DNA of 63,821 nt, counting the filler, from Reclinomonas americana ATCC 50394 (lineage: Eukaryota): assembly GCA_048213135.1 (NCBI GenBank). It is 3 parts of 2 records of this genome, joined end to end, with 100 filler letters (N's around TTAATTAATTAA, not from the genome) between each part and the next. Parts side by side here need not be neighbours in the genome. Positions count along the whole stretch, not along the records: positions 50,580 to 63,821 come from PS015178.1; 2 more parts are not named here. One strand, written 5' to 3'. The notes under the pieces are model-generated. The model saw only the letters and a program-made list of their open reading frames with translations. It was not told the DNA's origin and made no database searches. The translations under genes were made by a program, and so were the position numbers. This document shows positions 51,660 to 63,821 of this stretch, in pieces; within the stretch, counting starts at the first letter, position 1; the number at the start of each line of letters is the position of its first letter.

Positions 51660-54600
51660 CTACATGTAATGGAATCCCTCTCCGGCCACCGCTGCAGCAG
51701 GTGTAACGTGTGCATGAGGAACAAAAGGTTGACTTGTGCACACGGTGGCGAACCAAGCAAAGGATACATACCGTGACAGACGGCCAACTCCATGGTGCGT
51801 CGCAGTTGGTCGAAATCGGTGTGTGGATGCAGTTCCATAGAGAGGCCACTGGAATACGAGAAGACGAATGAGGGGGAAAAGGAAGGGCGGGAACGATTAA
51901 CAAGGAGAAACGGCAATACAAACCAGACATGAGCTGCAATACACACAGAGAGTCACAGTCAATGAATCTCATCAACAAAAACAACAACACCAAAAAGTGG
52001 AAGCAACAGCTCACCAATCGGCAAGTGCTGAGGAGAACTCGTGCTGTTGTAGATGGTGATCTTGGCGTTGCTGAGCTGATGGTCCGAAGGGTTGGCAAAT
52101 CGCCCCGACGGCAGTGCAGGGAGTCCTGCGATGAGCTCGACTGAGTGAGTGCAACACACGACAGCGACTCACATACGTGAAAACACCACGGTTACCGGTG
52201 ACAAACTCGAGGAAACACAGGAGGTTGGCCGGTGCCTCTCTCTCCCACGTGGTGAACAGTTGCGTCACGAGCTCTGCGTCGCATGTGCGTCATCGTTAGT
52301 AATATATTTGCAATGCTGCCACGCCGCCTTCTTGCACAACGCACCCGGAGTGGGAGTCGCTTCAAAGTTCGAAAAGATAACGTGCTCCAATAGCTGGGCG
52401 GCACTGATGTTGCGATTGCCGCAAGCAAGAACACTCAGCTCATGCGGCTGCAACAGCGAAACCTGCAGTGTGCAAAGTTCGGCGTTCAGCATGGTGGTTT
52501 GTGGGAGTGCACAGCAGCGCATCACGAAACCTCATCGACAAGTTCACGAGCGCTCACAAATCCGTGGAAGCCCTCGTGCATGGCGTCGAGAGCCTGCTGG
52601 TGGCGCTCCACAAGTACGTGGCGGACCATACGCGACACAAAGACGCTCTTGTTGACATTGGTGACAGGCGCTGCTGGTTCGCCCTCTGCACTCACCAAAC
52701 AAATGTCAGCAGCACATGAGCACGCCGCACACGCGACGCGAAAAAAGGGAGTAACCGATATCCGAGAAATCGAGGCCCAGATTGCTCTCGGGATCGGGGT
52801 CGGCCAGGATCATGCGCAGAGTGCGGGCGTATTCCGGATCGTACACCTGCGCGCAATAGGGGGTGAGGAGCCGACCAATGACGGGAGACGACTTCACAGA
52901 GTGAAAAAGACACCTCCATATCGCGCAAATCCACCGGAGCCTCCTTGTTAACAAGGTACTTCCAGAACGAAGGACTGTGTGGAGAGCGGATGAGGCGAAG
53001 AGCGCAGATGACGGCACAGTTTGTGCAAGCGACGCAACGGGAACGTGTCGGCAGGAATCAGGCGCTGGTCCCACATGGCCCGACCAATCATGGTACCGAT
53101 ACGCTAGACAAACACACACACACGCACATGAGCAAGTGCGTCGCTGCGCAGTGTTCGCCAATATGGAAAACCTTGAACGGTATCACAGCCGACAGTCCAC
53201 GCTTCGGCAAGCAGCCAATGCCTGAGCCGCGCTCAAACAGATCTTGCGCGTCGAGCAGAGCGCGGAAGAATGCCGTATAAAAGTTGGTAAGCAGGCCGCC
53301 ACCATCATATCCGGCCTCGTCTGTGTACATAGCACAATCAGCCTCAGCATGCTGCCACATTGTCGCAAAAGAGCGGCAGGGAGTGTAGAACCTGCAAAGC
53401 GGATCTTGAACTCAGAGGTCCACCACCCATTTGTCATGTCGTCTTGCATTTGTTCAAGAGCATCGACAACCAAATGCTCTCGGCGGACGCTCACAGAGAT
53501 CGAGTCCGATGTCTGGAACCGCCGGCTCTCGGCAAAGCGCTGTCGAATGACGCGGACCTGGTCGCAGCGAGAGAGCCCGTGAGGAAGAGGTGTGAAGAGG
53601 AGAGTGGGAAAGGGAGTCGCGGACCTTGGTATCGGAATCGCTGTGCGATGCCGAGGCACCACTCGACGGTGCTGGCAGGAAGAACATGGCGTGCGAAGCA
53701 ACTTCGGTTGCCGACAGCCGCCGCGACGGATCCATCACCAAGACGTCACGCAGCAGCGTCTCGCACTGTGCACACGTCGACTGATCAGCTCATCACCTTT
53801 GCTGTGGCAAGCGCATCCACTACTCACCTCACTGTCGACCATGGTAGCAGGCAGCTGCAGCTGCTCGTCGGCGCCATACACAACGTCGGCATTGATGCTG
53901 GAAAATACTTTCAGCAACACAACGCCATACGCCCAAATGTCGGCGGCCGCCGACAGCGTCAGTGCGCCGTGACGCAGCACTTCGGGTGCACATCCAACGC
54001 CAGACGGCAGTCGCCACTGCCGCACATCGGCCGGCAACATATCGCGCCCCGACGTGTCGAATGCCGCGTCGAAGCCGACCAGTTTGGGTTGCTTAGAGAC
54101 GTCGAGCACGACCGATTGCAGACAGAGGCGGGTGTGCGCGATATCGTGCGAGTGCAGGAATGCCAGCGTCTGAGAAATAAGGTAAATAAGCAGAGTAGGG
54201 TATGCGAGTGGGACTTGCATAAAACCGCAACATCTGCAACCCGGTGCAGAACAGTCAGCTTTTCGCCTTTGCTGGGGTGCGTACCCAGCCACTGCCGTGT
54301 GCACAGGGAGCGTAGTGAGCATCGTGACCAGCCACGTTGTCACCAAAGTAGCACTCACCGTGGCCAACGAGCCGCCAGAGTAGTACGCGGTTTCAAGATA
54401 GGCGACGTTGCCGTCCACGAAGAAGCCGTACGCCTCCTCGATGCCCGGATGTTGCAGGTTCAGTAGCACGCTGCACAGCATCAGGCAAGGTGAGGAGCGG
54501 GCACAGAATTATGCACGTGCTACATCGCCTCCCGCACTTGGCAGCGTTGACAAACAGGTCCAACTCGGACGGCAGATGGAACGGCTTGAGGACGCACTGT

Positions 54601-56963
54601 CGACCTTGCCGTTCGGCCAGTTGAGAGCGCCGGCCGATGCTGCACGACAGCCACAACTGTGAGGGGAAAAGAAGCACAGCGGGTATTCTCTATCCGATGA
54701 TGCCCACGCACCGTCCACCAATCGTGTAATCGCTGAGCGAGTGGTTGAGGAAACGCTCACTCTCGCGGAGCCAGCGCGGGAAGTGCATGAGATGCGCCGA
54801 GGCACCGGTGGCCAACACCGAGGCGCGCACGGGCATAATGGCAGAATCGAAGAGAACCAAATGCTCGGGGAAGGAGTACTGTGTGTGTGTTGGCAGGGTC
54901 ACGTATGCGCGCAGCTTCGATGGAGGAAATGAAAGCGCCGCACCTGATTGGCAGTGACTTCGCTCTTGAGCGCGGTAAACTCCTGCTCCAGCGCACGAGC
55001 GCGTTCCTGCGCAAGCCGCCACTGTCGCTCATCCTCAGCCAACACGGACGGCGGTGCACCGCGCAGCGCATCCTTGTCCAGCTTGTACTTGGTGTCGAGA
55101 AGTTCGTCTTGCGCGGCGAAAATGTCGGAACGCAAGCGACTCACTCGCTGACTCATTGCGTCCCACAGCGCCGATCCGTCTTTTGTCGCACGCGCAGTGA
55201 GCGGCTGGCACACGCGACGGAGCACAGTGAATCGCAACTGACCTTGGTCGGCGTGCGAGGCACTCCGCAGACCAGGCACCGTCGAGAACTCGGCCACGAA
55301 GGCGCGCACTGAACTCACGCGGAACCGCAGCGCCTCTGTGGCTCGCGAGTTGACGTCCAGCAGACCGTCGAGCTTCTCCGCCGCCTCGAGAATCCGGTCC
55401 GTGAATGAAACCGTCTGTCCACATTGTCACACGACTGCGGCATGCGTGAGTTTGTGTATGCAAGGGTGGAGACTTACCTCGCTGTCCAAGGCGAGGAGGA
55501 ATTCGGCGGCCAGTCGTGCATGGCGACTGGCACTCTTGGCCTTCTTGTTGGTGCGCCCGCCAGCCAACTGCTTGCGATCGCGCTGAATGTTGACGAAACT
55601 CGTGTTGACCTCGGCCACCACCGCCGGACCACGCTCGGCAAACCACGCCGCCACGTCGCCGAGCAGACCGTTCACCGAATCAAACAGCGACGACACATCA
55701 AAGACGCGCTCGGCGGGCGCGATTGAGCCGAGACGGGCGAGCAGCACTGCGATGTGGGGTGCGTGAAAGAGAGATGGGAGAGAAGCACGGAAACTTTGCA
55801 CACCTTCCTGGTCCTCCTCAATCGACAAAACAGCAGCGCCGCTGTGCTGCTCCTCCTCTGCTGCTTCCTCGCTCACGTCGTCGTCATCATCCTCTCCATC
55901 ATCATCGTCCTCATCATCATCGTCGTCGTCGTCGTCGTTGCCATAGCCAAGCATCGCATCCTCCGCAGCCTGTCGCTCGACCTCAAACTCCTCACGCAGT
56001 CGCTTCAGCTCACGACGCGTCGTGCTGCTCGTGGCCAGCACAGTGGCCAGACGGCGCTCGTGTTGACCAAGAGCCGCTCGCAGCGAGGCTTGGCACGCCA
56101 CGGCCGCCGGCGCGCACCGTGCACGAGCCGCCTGCCGCCGAGAAATCGCCTCAAGAACTCGACCGCACAACTCGCTGGCGTCTCGGTCGGGCACTACGTG
56201 TGAGTGAGCAAGTGAGTGAGTGAGTGAGTGAGTGAGTGAGAGGAAGGAGAACAAGAACAAGAAGAAGAAGAAGAAAAAGAACAAGAAGGAGAAGGAGAAA
56301 AAGAAGAAGAAGAAGGAGAAGGAGAAAAGAAGAGGAAGAAGAAGAAGAACAAGAAGAAGAACAAGAAGAAGAACAAGAAGAAGAACAAGAAGAAGAAGAA
56401 CAAGAAGAACAAGAAGAAGAACAAGAAGAAGAAGAACAAGAAGAAGAAGAAGAAGAAGAAGGAGAAGGAGAAAAAGAAGAAGAAGAAGAACAAGAAGAAG
56501 AAGAACAAGAAGAAGAAGAAGAAGAAGAAGCAGAACAAGAACAAGAAGAAGAACAGGAGGAAGGGGAGACTGGGAGAGAGACTCACCCGCCACAGCCGCA
56601 CAATACTCGGCAGTCACTCGCCGCACATCATGCTCGGCCATCTCCAACTGCGATCGCCACTGTGACAACTCGAGCATGGGGTCTCGCACATTGTGTGCGC
56701 CACTGATGGACAAGTGATAGTCGGCGGCCGCAGTGCACTCGGCGCGCACTAGCATGTACAGACTCGCGAGGGAAGGCGTCAGCAGGCGGCATTGGAGAAT
56801 GCTTTCGCGAACAGTGGCGAGTGTGTTCGGGCTGAGTGGAGAGAGAGACATAGTGAGTGAGTGAGTGTGTGAGAGAGTGAAAGAGTGTGTGTGTACCTGC
56901 AAAGATCAAACAGGCGCTGAGACTCCGCAACGAGTTCTGCCACATGCACAGTGAGCAAATGAT

Positions 56964-57007
<44 letters not shown>

Positions 57008-57198
57008 TGTGTGTGTGTGTGACTATGTGTGCATACCTTCAAAGATGCTGACGGAGATGGAGGGCGCGGCAGACAAGGCTGCGTGTGAGAGAAAGAGAGA
57101 GAGAGTCAATATTTGGGTGCGTGTTTGTGTTGTGTGTCATCGTGACGCGCGCAACAGATGCTGCCGGCGGCCGAGTCGGCATCGCTGCAGACTGACAT
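51660..57198 (-). CDS. Coiled-coil + pseudokinase + HECT E3 ligase fusion
   Basis: Kinase-fold motifs CVLKPF, HPGI, FLHSHDIAHTRL, KLVGFD, APEVL, ADIWAYGVVL; then HECT SVRREHLVVDA, DEAGYDGGGLLTNFY, FLEFVTG, LPIAHVC, GFHYM*. Probable ATG at 57198. Confidence 0.85.
56240..56565. repeat. Polypurine (GAA)n/GAACAA satellite inside an intron
   Basis: Lies between donor g|gtgag (~56585) and acceptor cgtag (~56194); flanking exons are in phase. Confidence 0.9.
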
Positions 57199-57751
57199 AG
57201 GGAATGAGCACAAATGTGCTCGTGCGAGGAGGCTGAGGAGAGAAGAGTGCTTGCACAAAACGTCGACTTGTCCCACTCAGTCAATGCATTCGTTTTTCTT
57301 GCGACGCGAGAGAGTGCGTGTGGAGAAGCGTGGATTATCGATGGTGGTACGAGAGGCGGGCGAGGAGGCGGTACGCCGTGCACGGCGATGGCATTTCGGA
57401 GACGTCGGTTCAACCAATCAGGCTCTCGTGACTTTTTAGACGCCTGACCATGCACTGCGACCCCGTTTTGCGATTTCCATATGTGGCAGTGCTTCCCGCA
57501 GCGCGGAGTGCGATTGCACGCGTGCGCACGCACACGCAGGGAAATGCGAGCGCGTGCAGTGCTTTGCATGCGCTGCGCTCTTGTAGACGATCAGCCTCTC
57601 CTGATCATGACGGCGCAGCTGCAGTCTGCACTGCTGTGCACAAACCGGCCTGCATGTGCAGGAGACAGCGGCCACGAGATATCGACACCCCTAAAAATCC
57701 TCTTGAGCGCTGCGCTGCGCTCGTTGGCTCGGTGGTGCACCTGCAATCGGG

Positions 57752-58216
57752 AACAACAACTTTACTAATCCAAACAGCAACACAGCTGCATGATGATCAC
57801 CATCTTGAGTGAGCACCTAGATTCAACCATGTTCCCCGTTGGTGCTCGCTGCCTGCTGAAGTGTGTCGAAGGAGGTCACGTGTCGAAGCCCATGGCACCA
57901 CGTGCTTGCCCTCTCGAGCTCCGCTGTCAACGGATCCGGATCGGCCTCACCAACAACAACCACTCGACTGCACCTCAGCTCCATCCCGGACTTACTTGCA
58001 CGCTGCCTGGCTTTGTTGGTTTTGCATATGTCTTCTGATACCAACACCTCTTGCTATCTTTCTCGTTTCCTTTGTGGAATTCGGCGTCAAATCCATGCTT
58101 GTCACGAGCCGTGGTTTCTCTTGCAGCAGAAACGCCAGCATTAGCCATCTCGACTTTTTTCTCGTTTTTTTCGTGATGTCTGAGTTTCTGGTGCTCACTC
58201 AAGATTGTGATCACCA
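57752..58216. mobile_element. Candidate MITE/foldback element with 66-bp inverted arms
   Basis: Left arm 57752-57817; right arm = 58190-58216 plus the reverse complement of 59912-59950; 2 mismatches. Confidence 0.45.
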
Positions 58217-58350
58217 NNNNNNNNNNNNNNNNNNNNNNNNNNNNNNNNNNNNNNNNNNNNNNNNNNNNNNNNNNNNNNNNNNNNNNNNNNNNNNNNNNNN
58301 NNNNNNNNNNNNNNNNNNNNNNNNNNNNNNNNNNNNNNNNNNNNNNNNNN

Positions 58351-59826
58351 ACGGCTCATCGTGCAACAAGTTTTGTCTATCCTCCCTCACGTGCTTCGGC
58401 AGAGGAACTTGCACGAGCGACGGAACTTGTCAGTGCTTTGCAGGCTTTTACGGTGCCTCGTGCCTCGTCAGTTGTGTGGCGGCCACCACTTGTTCTGGCA
58501 ATGGAACGTGCATGAGCGACGGAACGTGCCAGTGTAACACCAATTACTATGGTACATCGTGCAACGTGAACTGTGTGGCAGCCACCACGTGTTCAGGCAA
58601 CGGCACATGCAAGAGTGACGGCACGTGCCAGTGCACAGGCGACTACACCAATGCCAGCTGCAACTGCAGCCCATCAGTGACGTGCTCCGGGAAGGGCACT
58701 TGCAAGGGTGACGGTACATGCCAGTGCACGGGCGACTACACCAACGCCAGCTGCAACTGCAGTCCATCGGTGACGTGCTCCGGCCATGGCACATGTGGCG
58801 CCGATGGAACATGCAGCTGTGCCAGTCCATGCAGTGGTGAGTTCGCTGCCCTTCGCGGTTCGAAAGTTTTGTCTGTTTTGCGTGTACCGACCGTGCGTTG
58901 TGAATAGGGTCGTCATGCACATACAGCATGCTTGTAGCACGTGATTCAGATAGGAGCTGGGTAGCAGTGGATTCCAGTAGCGACGGTACCAAGCTGGTTG
59001 CTGTTGAGCGCGATCTTACTATCAACCGTGGTAGGCTGTATACCTCCACGAACTCTGGTGTGTCGTGGACGGCTCGTGATGTCAATCGCCTGTGGATTGC
59101 AGCCGCGTCTAGCAGTGACGGCACCAAGCTCGTGGCTGCTGTACAAGGTGGCAAGATTTACACCTCCACCGACTCTGGTGTGACGTGGACGGCTCGTGAT
59201 TCTGATCGCAGCTGGTTTGCGGTGGCCTCCAGCAGCGACGGCACCAAACTTGTGGCTGTTGAGTACCCAGGTCAGATTTACACCTCCACGAACTCTGGTG
59301 TGACATGGACGGTTCGCGAATCGAATCGCATGTGGATATCAGTGGCCTCCAGCAGTGACGGCATCAAGCTGGTGGCTGTTGTTGAGAACGGTCAGATTTA
59401 CACCTCCACCGACTCTGGTGTGACGTGGACGGCTCGAGATGCGAGTCGTCGATGGTATGCGGTGGCCTCCAGCAGCGACGGCACCAAACTGGTGGCTGTC
59501 GTGTACGGCGGTCGGATTTACACATCCACCAACTCTGGTGTGACATGGACAGCTCGTGGTCTTCCTGATATCGCTCGACATTGGACTGCGGTGGCCTCTA
59601 GTAGTGACGGCACTAAACTCGTGGCCGCTACTGAGGGTGCACCTTCAGCAGCAGTCAAGTTTACACCTCCACCGACTCTGGTGTTACGTGGACGGCTCGC
59701 GATGGTACTTATTCACCGTGGATTGCAGTGGCCTCCAGCAGTGACGGCACCAAACTTGTGGCTGTTCAATCTTTCGGTCAGATCTATACGTTGGATCTCG
59801 GTGCGTGCTCAAGTGCTTTCGGGTAA
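58351..59826 (+). CDS. C-terminal part (EGF-like repeats + Asp-box/BNR propeller) of the surface protein, on an inverted segment
   Basis: Same EGF-like units as 60235-61850; seven ~40-aa repeats W..VASSSDGTKLVA...IYTSTDSGVTWTAR; frameshift near 59635-59655. Confidence 0.85.
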
Positions 59827-60234
59827 CTGAACACACAGTTCCAGTGACGTGTTTATTCGTGAATGAACCCGAAGATTTTACCGCCAGCGCGCGCAGCTCA
59901 ACAACAACAACAACAACAACTTTACTAATCCAAACAGCAACACAGCTGCANNNNNNNNNNNNNNNNNNNNNNNNNNNNNNNNNNNNNNNNNNNNNNNNNN
60001 NNNNNNNNNNNNNNNNNNNNNNNNNNNNNNNNNNNNNNNNNNNNNNNNNNNNNNNNNNNNNNNNNNNNNNNNNNNNNNNNNNNNNNNNNNNNNNNNNNNN
60101 NNNNNNNNNNNNNNNNNNNNNNNNNNNNNNNNNNNNNNNNNNNNNNNNNNNNNNNNNNNNNNNNNNNNNNNNNNNNNNNNNNNNNNNNNNNNNNNNNNNN
60201 NNNNNNNNNNNNNNNNNNNNNNNNNNNNNNNNNN

Positions 60235-61850
60235 AGTAGTTGGTGTTGCACTGACATGTACCATCGCTCTTACATGCACCGTTTCCAGAGCATGTCGTGC
60301 CTGCGACGCAGTTCACGCTGCACGACGCACCGTAGTAGTTGGCATTGCACTGACACGTTCCGTCAGTCTTGCATATGCCATTGCCAGAGCACGTCACTGA
60401 CGGACTGCAGTTGCAGCTGGCATTCGTGTAGTCACCCGTGCACTGGCATGTGCCGTCACTCTTGCACGTGCCGTTGCCAGAGCACGTCAAGAAAGACGCA
60501 CAGAACTTGTTGCACGAGGCACCGTAGTAGTTGGCATTGCACTGGCATGTACCGTCGCTCTTGCATGTGCCGTTGCCAGAGCAGTTGGTGGCAGCAACGC
60601 AGTTGACATTGCACGATGTACCGTAGTAGTTGGCATTGCACTGACACGTGCCATCGTTCTTGCATGTGCCCTTCCCGGAGCATGTCACCGAAGGACTGCA
60701 ATTGCAGCTGGCGTTGGTGTAGTCACCCATGCACTGGCATGTACCGTCACTCTTGCATGTGCCGTTGCCAGAGCAGTTGGTGGCAGCAACGCAGTTGACA
60801 TTGCACGATGTACCGTAGTAGTTGGCGTTGCACTGACACGTCCCGTCATTCTTGCATGTGCCGTTGCCGGAGCATGTCACCGAAGGACTGCAATTGCAGC
60901 TGGCGTTGGTGTAGTCACCCATGCACTGGCATGTACCGTCACTCTTGCACGTTCCGTTGCCACAGCAGGTGGTGGATGCCACGCAGTTCACGTTGCACGA
61001 CGCACCGTAGTAGTTGGCGCTGCACTGGCACGTGCCATCGTTCTTGCATGTGCCATTGCCGGAGCACGTCACTGACGGACTGCAGTTGCAGCTGGTGTTG
61101 GCGTAGTCGCTAGTGCACTGGCATGTTCCGTCACTCTTGCATGTGCCCTTCCCGGAGCATGTCACCGAAGGACTGCAATTGCAGCTGGTGTTTGTGTAGT
61201 CGCTAGTGCACTGGCATGTTCCGTCGCTCTTGCATGTGCCGTTGCCAGAGCAGGTGGTGGATGCCACGCAGTTCACGTTGCACGACGCACCGTAGTAGTT
61301 GGCATTGCACTGACACGTGCCATCGTTCTTGCATGTGCCATTGCCGGAGCACGTCACTGACGGACTGCAGTTGCAGCTGGTGTTGGCGTAGTCGCTAGTG
61401 CACTGGCATGTTCCGTCGCTCTTGCATGTGCCGTTGCCGGAGCAGGTGGTGGATGCCACGCAGTTCACGTTGCACGATGCACCGTAGTAGTTGGCATTGC
61501 ACTGACACGTGCCATCGTTCTTGCATGTGCCCTTCCCGGAGCATGTCACCGAAGGACTGCAATTGCAGCTGGCGTTGGTGTAGTCACCCATGCACTGGCA
61601 TGTACCGTCACTCTTGCACGTTCCGTTGCCAGAGCAGTTGGTGGATGCCACGCAGTTCACGTTGCACGACGCACCGTAGTAGTTGGCATTGCACTGACAC
61701 GTGCCATCGTTCTTGCATGTGCCATTGCCGGAGCACGTCACTGACGGACTGCAGTTGCAGCTGGTGTTGGTGTAGTCGCTAGCGCACTGGCATGTTCCGT
61801 CGCTCTTGCATGTGCCGTTGCCGGAGCAAGTGAGAGACGCCACACACAAC
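60235..61850 (-). repeat. Coding tandem array of alternating 31- and 33-aa EGF-like units (192-bp period, with irregularities)
   Basis: CVASTTCSGNGTCKSDGTCQC... alternates with CSPSVTCSGNGTCKNDGTCQC... Confidence 0.95.
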
Positions 61851-63821
61851 TGCACTTCCGCGCATGACTCCACCAACTCGTTCTCGAACGACGTAGAAGC
61901 GATCTGGCCTGCAGCGTCTGTCGTAAACTGCACCACACGCCACCAGAAATAACTGTTGGGATTGTTGGTCGGCACCTTCAGCGGCTGCAGGCGACCCGTC
62001 TCGTCAATGTATAACACAGATGCACCCGACGACTCGAGCGGCGCAGTCGAGCCATTGCTCTGCGGCACCACATTCACACAGTACGTGTAGGTGGCACTCG
62101 AGCTCAACTGCGTCACCACTGTAGTCTCCACGCCCACTGTGCCGACGACGATGTCTTGATCGATGAAGGCAAAAGGCGCAGACGTCGCAGCGCCGTATCC
62201 AAAGATTGCACTATCGGCCGTGAGTACGCTGCCGGCACTCTTGGTTATCGTCGACACGACTGGCGGCAGCCGCAGCCGCTTGACGAGCGGCGCCCCTACC
62301 ACGTAGTTGTCGAAGGGATCGGCAAGGTAGCCGTCCAAGTCGGTAGTCGCGTGAGTCTCCCACGACAGCAGCAGTGTCACCGGGAACGACCCTGGGACGT
62401 CGATGACCAAGTCGCCAATGTCGGCCGTCTGGCCCAGCGCAGTGAAACCGCGATACTGGGCGCCAATGGCAATCTGCTCACCACCGCCCTTGACAATCAT
62501 CGTAAAGCGTCCGTCAGCATCGGTCGGCACGGTGTAGTAGCCGTTGTAGCTCACGCCGTAGTGGTGAACGGTGGAGCCGATCAGCGACCGACCATTGCTC
62601 GACACCACACGCCCAGTGATAAACGCTCGCGTAAACACTTGGTCAAAGTTCCAGAAGGAAAAGTGTGTCACTCTGCGTACCAAAAGCAACGTCAGCCTCA
62701 CGGACACAGCAGAGACACACAACCACTTGCGGACTCACATTCCACCATAAGTATCATCCTCTGTCCGGAACACAGCCTCGCCCTCCTCAACCCAGATGCC
62801 GAGCTGCGCATCAAAGTACCACAGTGGAATCGAGTTCACACCCAGCAACGACGACTGCCCGGCCCGTGGAAGCGAAACGCGTGCGCCCACGGTCGGATCC
62901 AACTTGGGAACGACGCCGTCATCCCGCGGATAGATGGTTGCCACAAAGAAGCCAAGCTCTCAATCGGTGCCTCGAGCTCACCGTTGCTTGCCGTTCGGCC
63001 AATCAGAAGGCCAGGCAACGCGAACACGTCACTTGACGTGGAAAACGTGAAGTCTGAGAACGCAATTGTCACCGGGTTGGTGTCGAGATCCGTCAGCGTC
63101 TTCCCAGTGGCCGAGTCCATAAACGCAAGCGGCGGAATTGAGACTGCAATACGGGCGTTGCGAGTTGCGTCGTCACTTGAGAGGATGCCGCCACTCGAAT
63201 CGATGGTGAACAGCTGGTCAGCAGTCACCAGGCGAATCTCCGTCGTTGTGATGATGCCGGCCGCTACCGCCACCGTGCGGAATGTATCGTGGTATGCGAC
63301 CGCCGATGCACGCAGCACTGTGCGCTCCGAAACAGGCACATTGGCGATCACGAACGTGCCAGTGGCGCCGGTGGTCACTGCGCCCACACCATCGATTGAG
63401 ACCAGAACGTTGGCAAGCGGGCGACCGTCAGAAGAAGTGAGGTCGAGAACGGTGCCTGTCACAATGCCGAATGGGGTAGAGCTGTGTGTGGGAGAGACAA
63501 GAGTCAGTTGCTGACGGAGCGAGATGCAGCAGCTGTAATCATCCACGGACCACTGCCGATCACTGGTGGCCGTCGGAACCTCCAGTTCGATCTCGCCGCG
63601 ACCGCACACCTTTGCCAACTGGCATGTGCGGTCAGCCGTGGTTGAGCAGGCGGCTGACTGGAACTGACCAGCTGGGCAGCTCCCGGTGGTGCACAGAGAG
63701 CAGACGCGGTCGGCGGTGGTCGAGCAGGCGGCCGACTGGAATTGACCAGCCGGGCAGTTGCCGGTGGAGCACAGAGAGCAGACGCGGTCGGCGGTGGCCG
63801 AACAGGCGGCCGACTGGAATT
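60235..63821 (-). CDS. Large Cys-rich surface protein (TNFR-like Cys repeats, beta-sandwich domains, EGF-like array); 5' end outside window
   Basis: 26-aa QFQSAACSTTADRVCSLCTTG repeats; GTVLD..PLANVLV..TGATGTF carboxypeptidase-regulatory-like domain; LSWETHATTDLDGYL; 6-Cys repeats. Confidence 0.85.

Noticed and set aside
56194-56717. PolyE, polyR and polyF/L ORFs
   Set aside because: Translations of an intronic satellite
58940-61850. CRISPR-like repeat arrays
   Set aside because: Periods of 120 and 192 bp are in-frame protein repeats without unique spacers
62156-63514. 452-aa plus-strand ORF and similar long antisense ORFs
   Set aside because: Shadow frames of GC-rich genes on the opposite strand

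Overview
Compact, GC-rich, intron-dense eukaryotic (protist-like) genomic scaffold using the standard genetic code. I can support about 15 spliced genes: a 7-TM protein, a giant HECT E3, a cathepsin L-like protease, a tectonin lectin, a coiled-coil protein, Maf, a Q/P-rich protein, a CHRD membrane protein, an FN3 receptor, Piezo, HIBCH, a C1q-like protein, a low-complexity fragment, a pseudokinase-HECT fusion and an EGF/Asp-box surface protein. No RNA genes, CRISPR or transposase were seen. Hand splicing shows a recurrent shifted donor class (GTTGCG/GTTGAG, at least 16 cases), GC-AG introns, and 10-11 nt microexons, one carrying a HECT catalytic Cys. Most N-runs close with zero missing bases. 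Three gap-bounded segments (16874-17053, 30281-31354, 58351-59950) are inverted relative to the genes they belong to; flipping them restores those genes and completes a 66-bp inverted repeat. A ~125-bp inverted repeat brackets the first 16 kb. All exon boundaries are manual inferences without transcript data.
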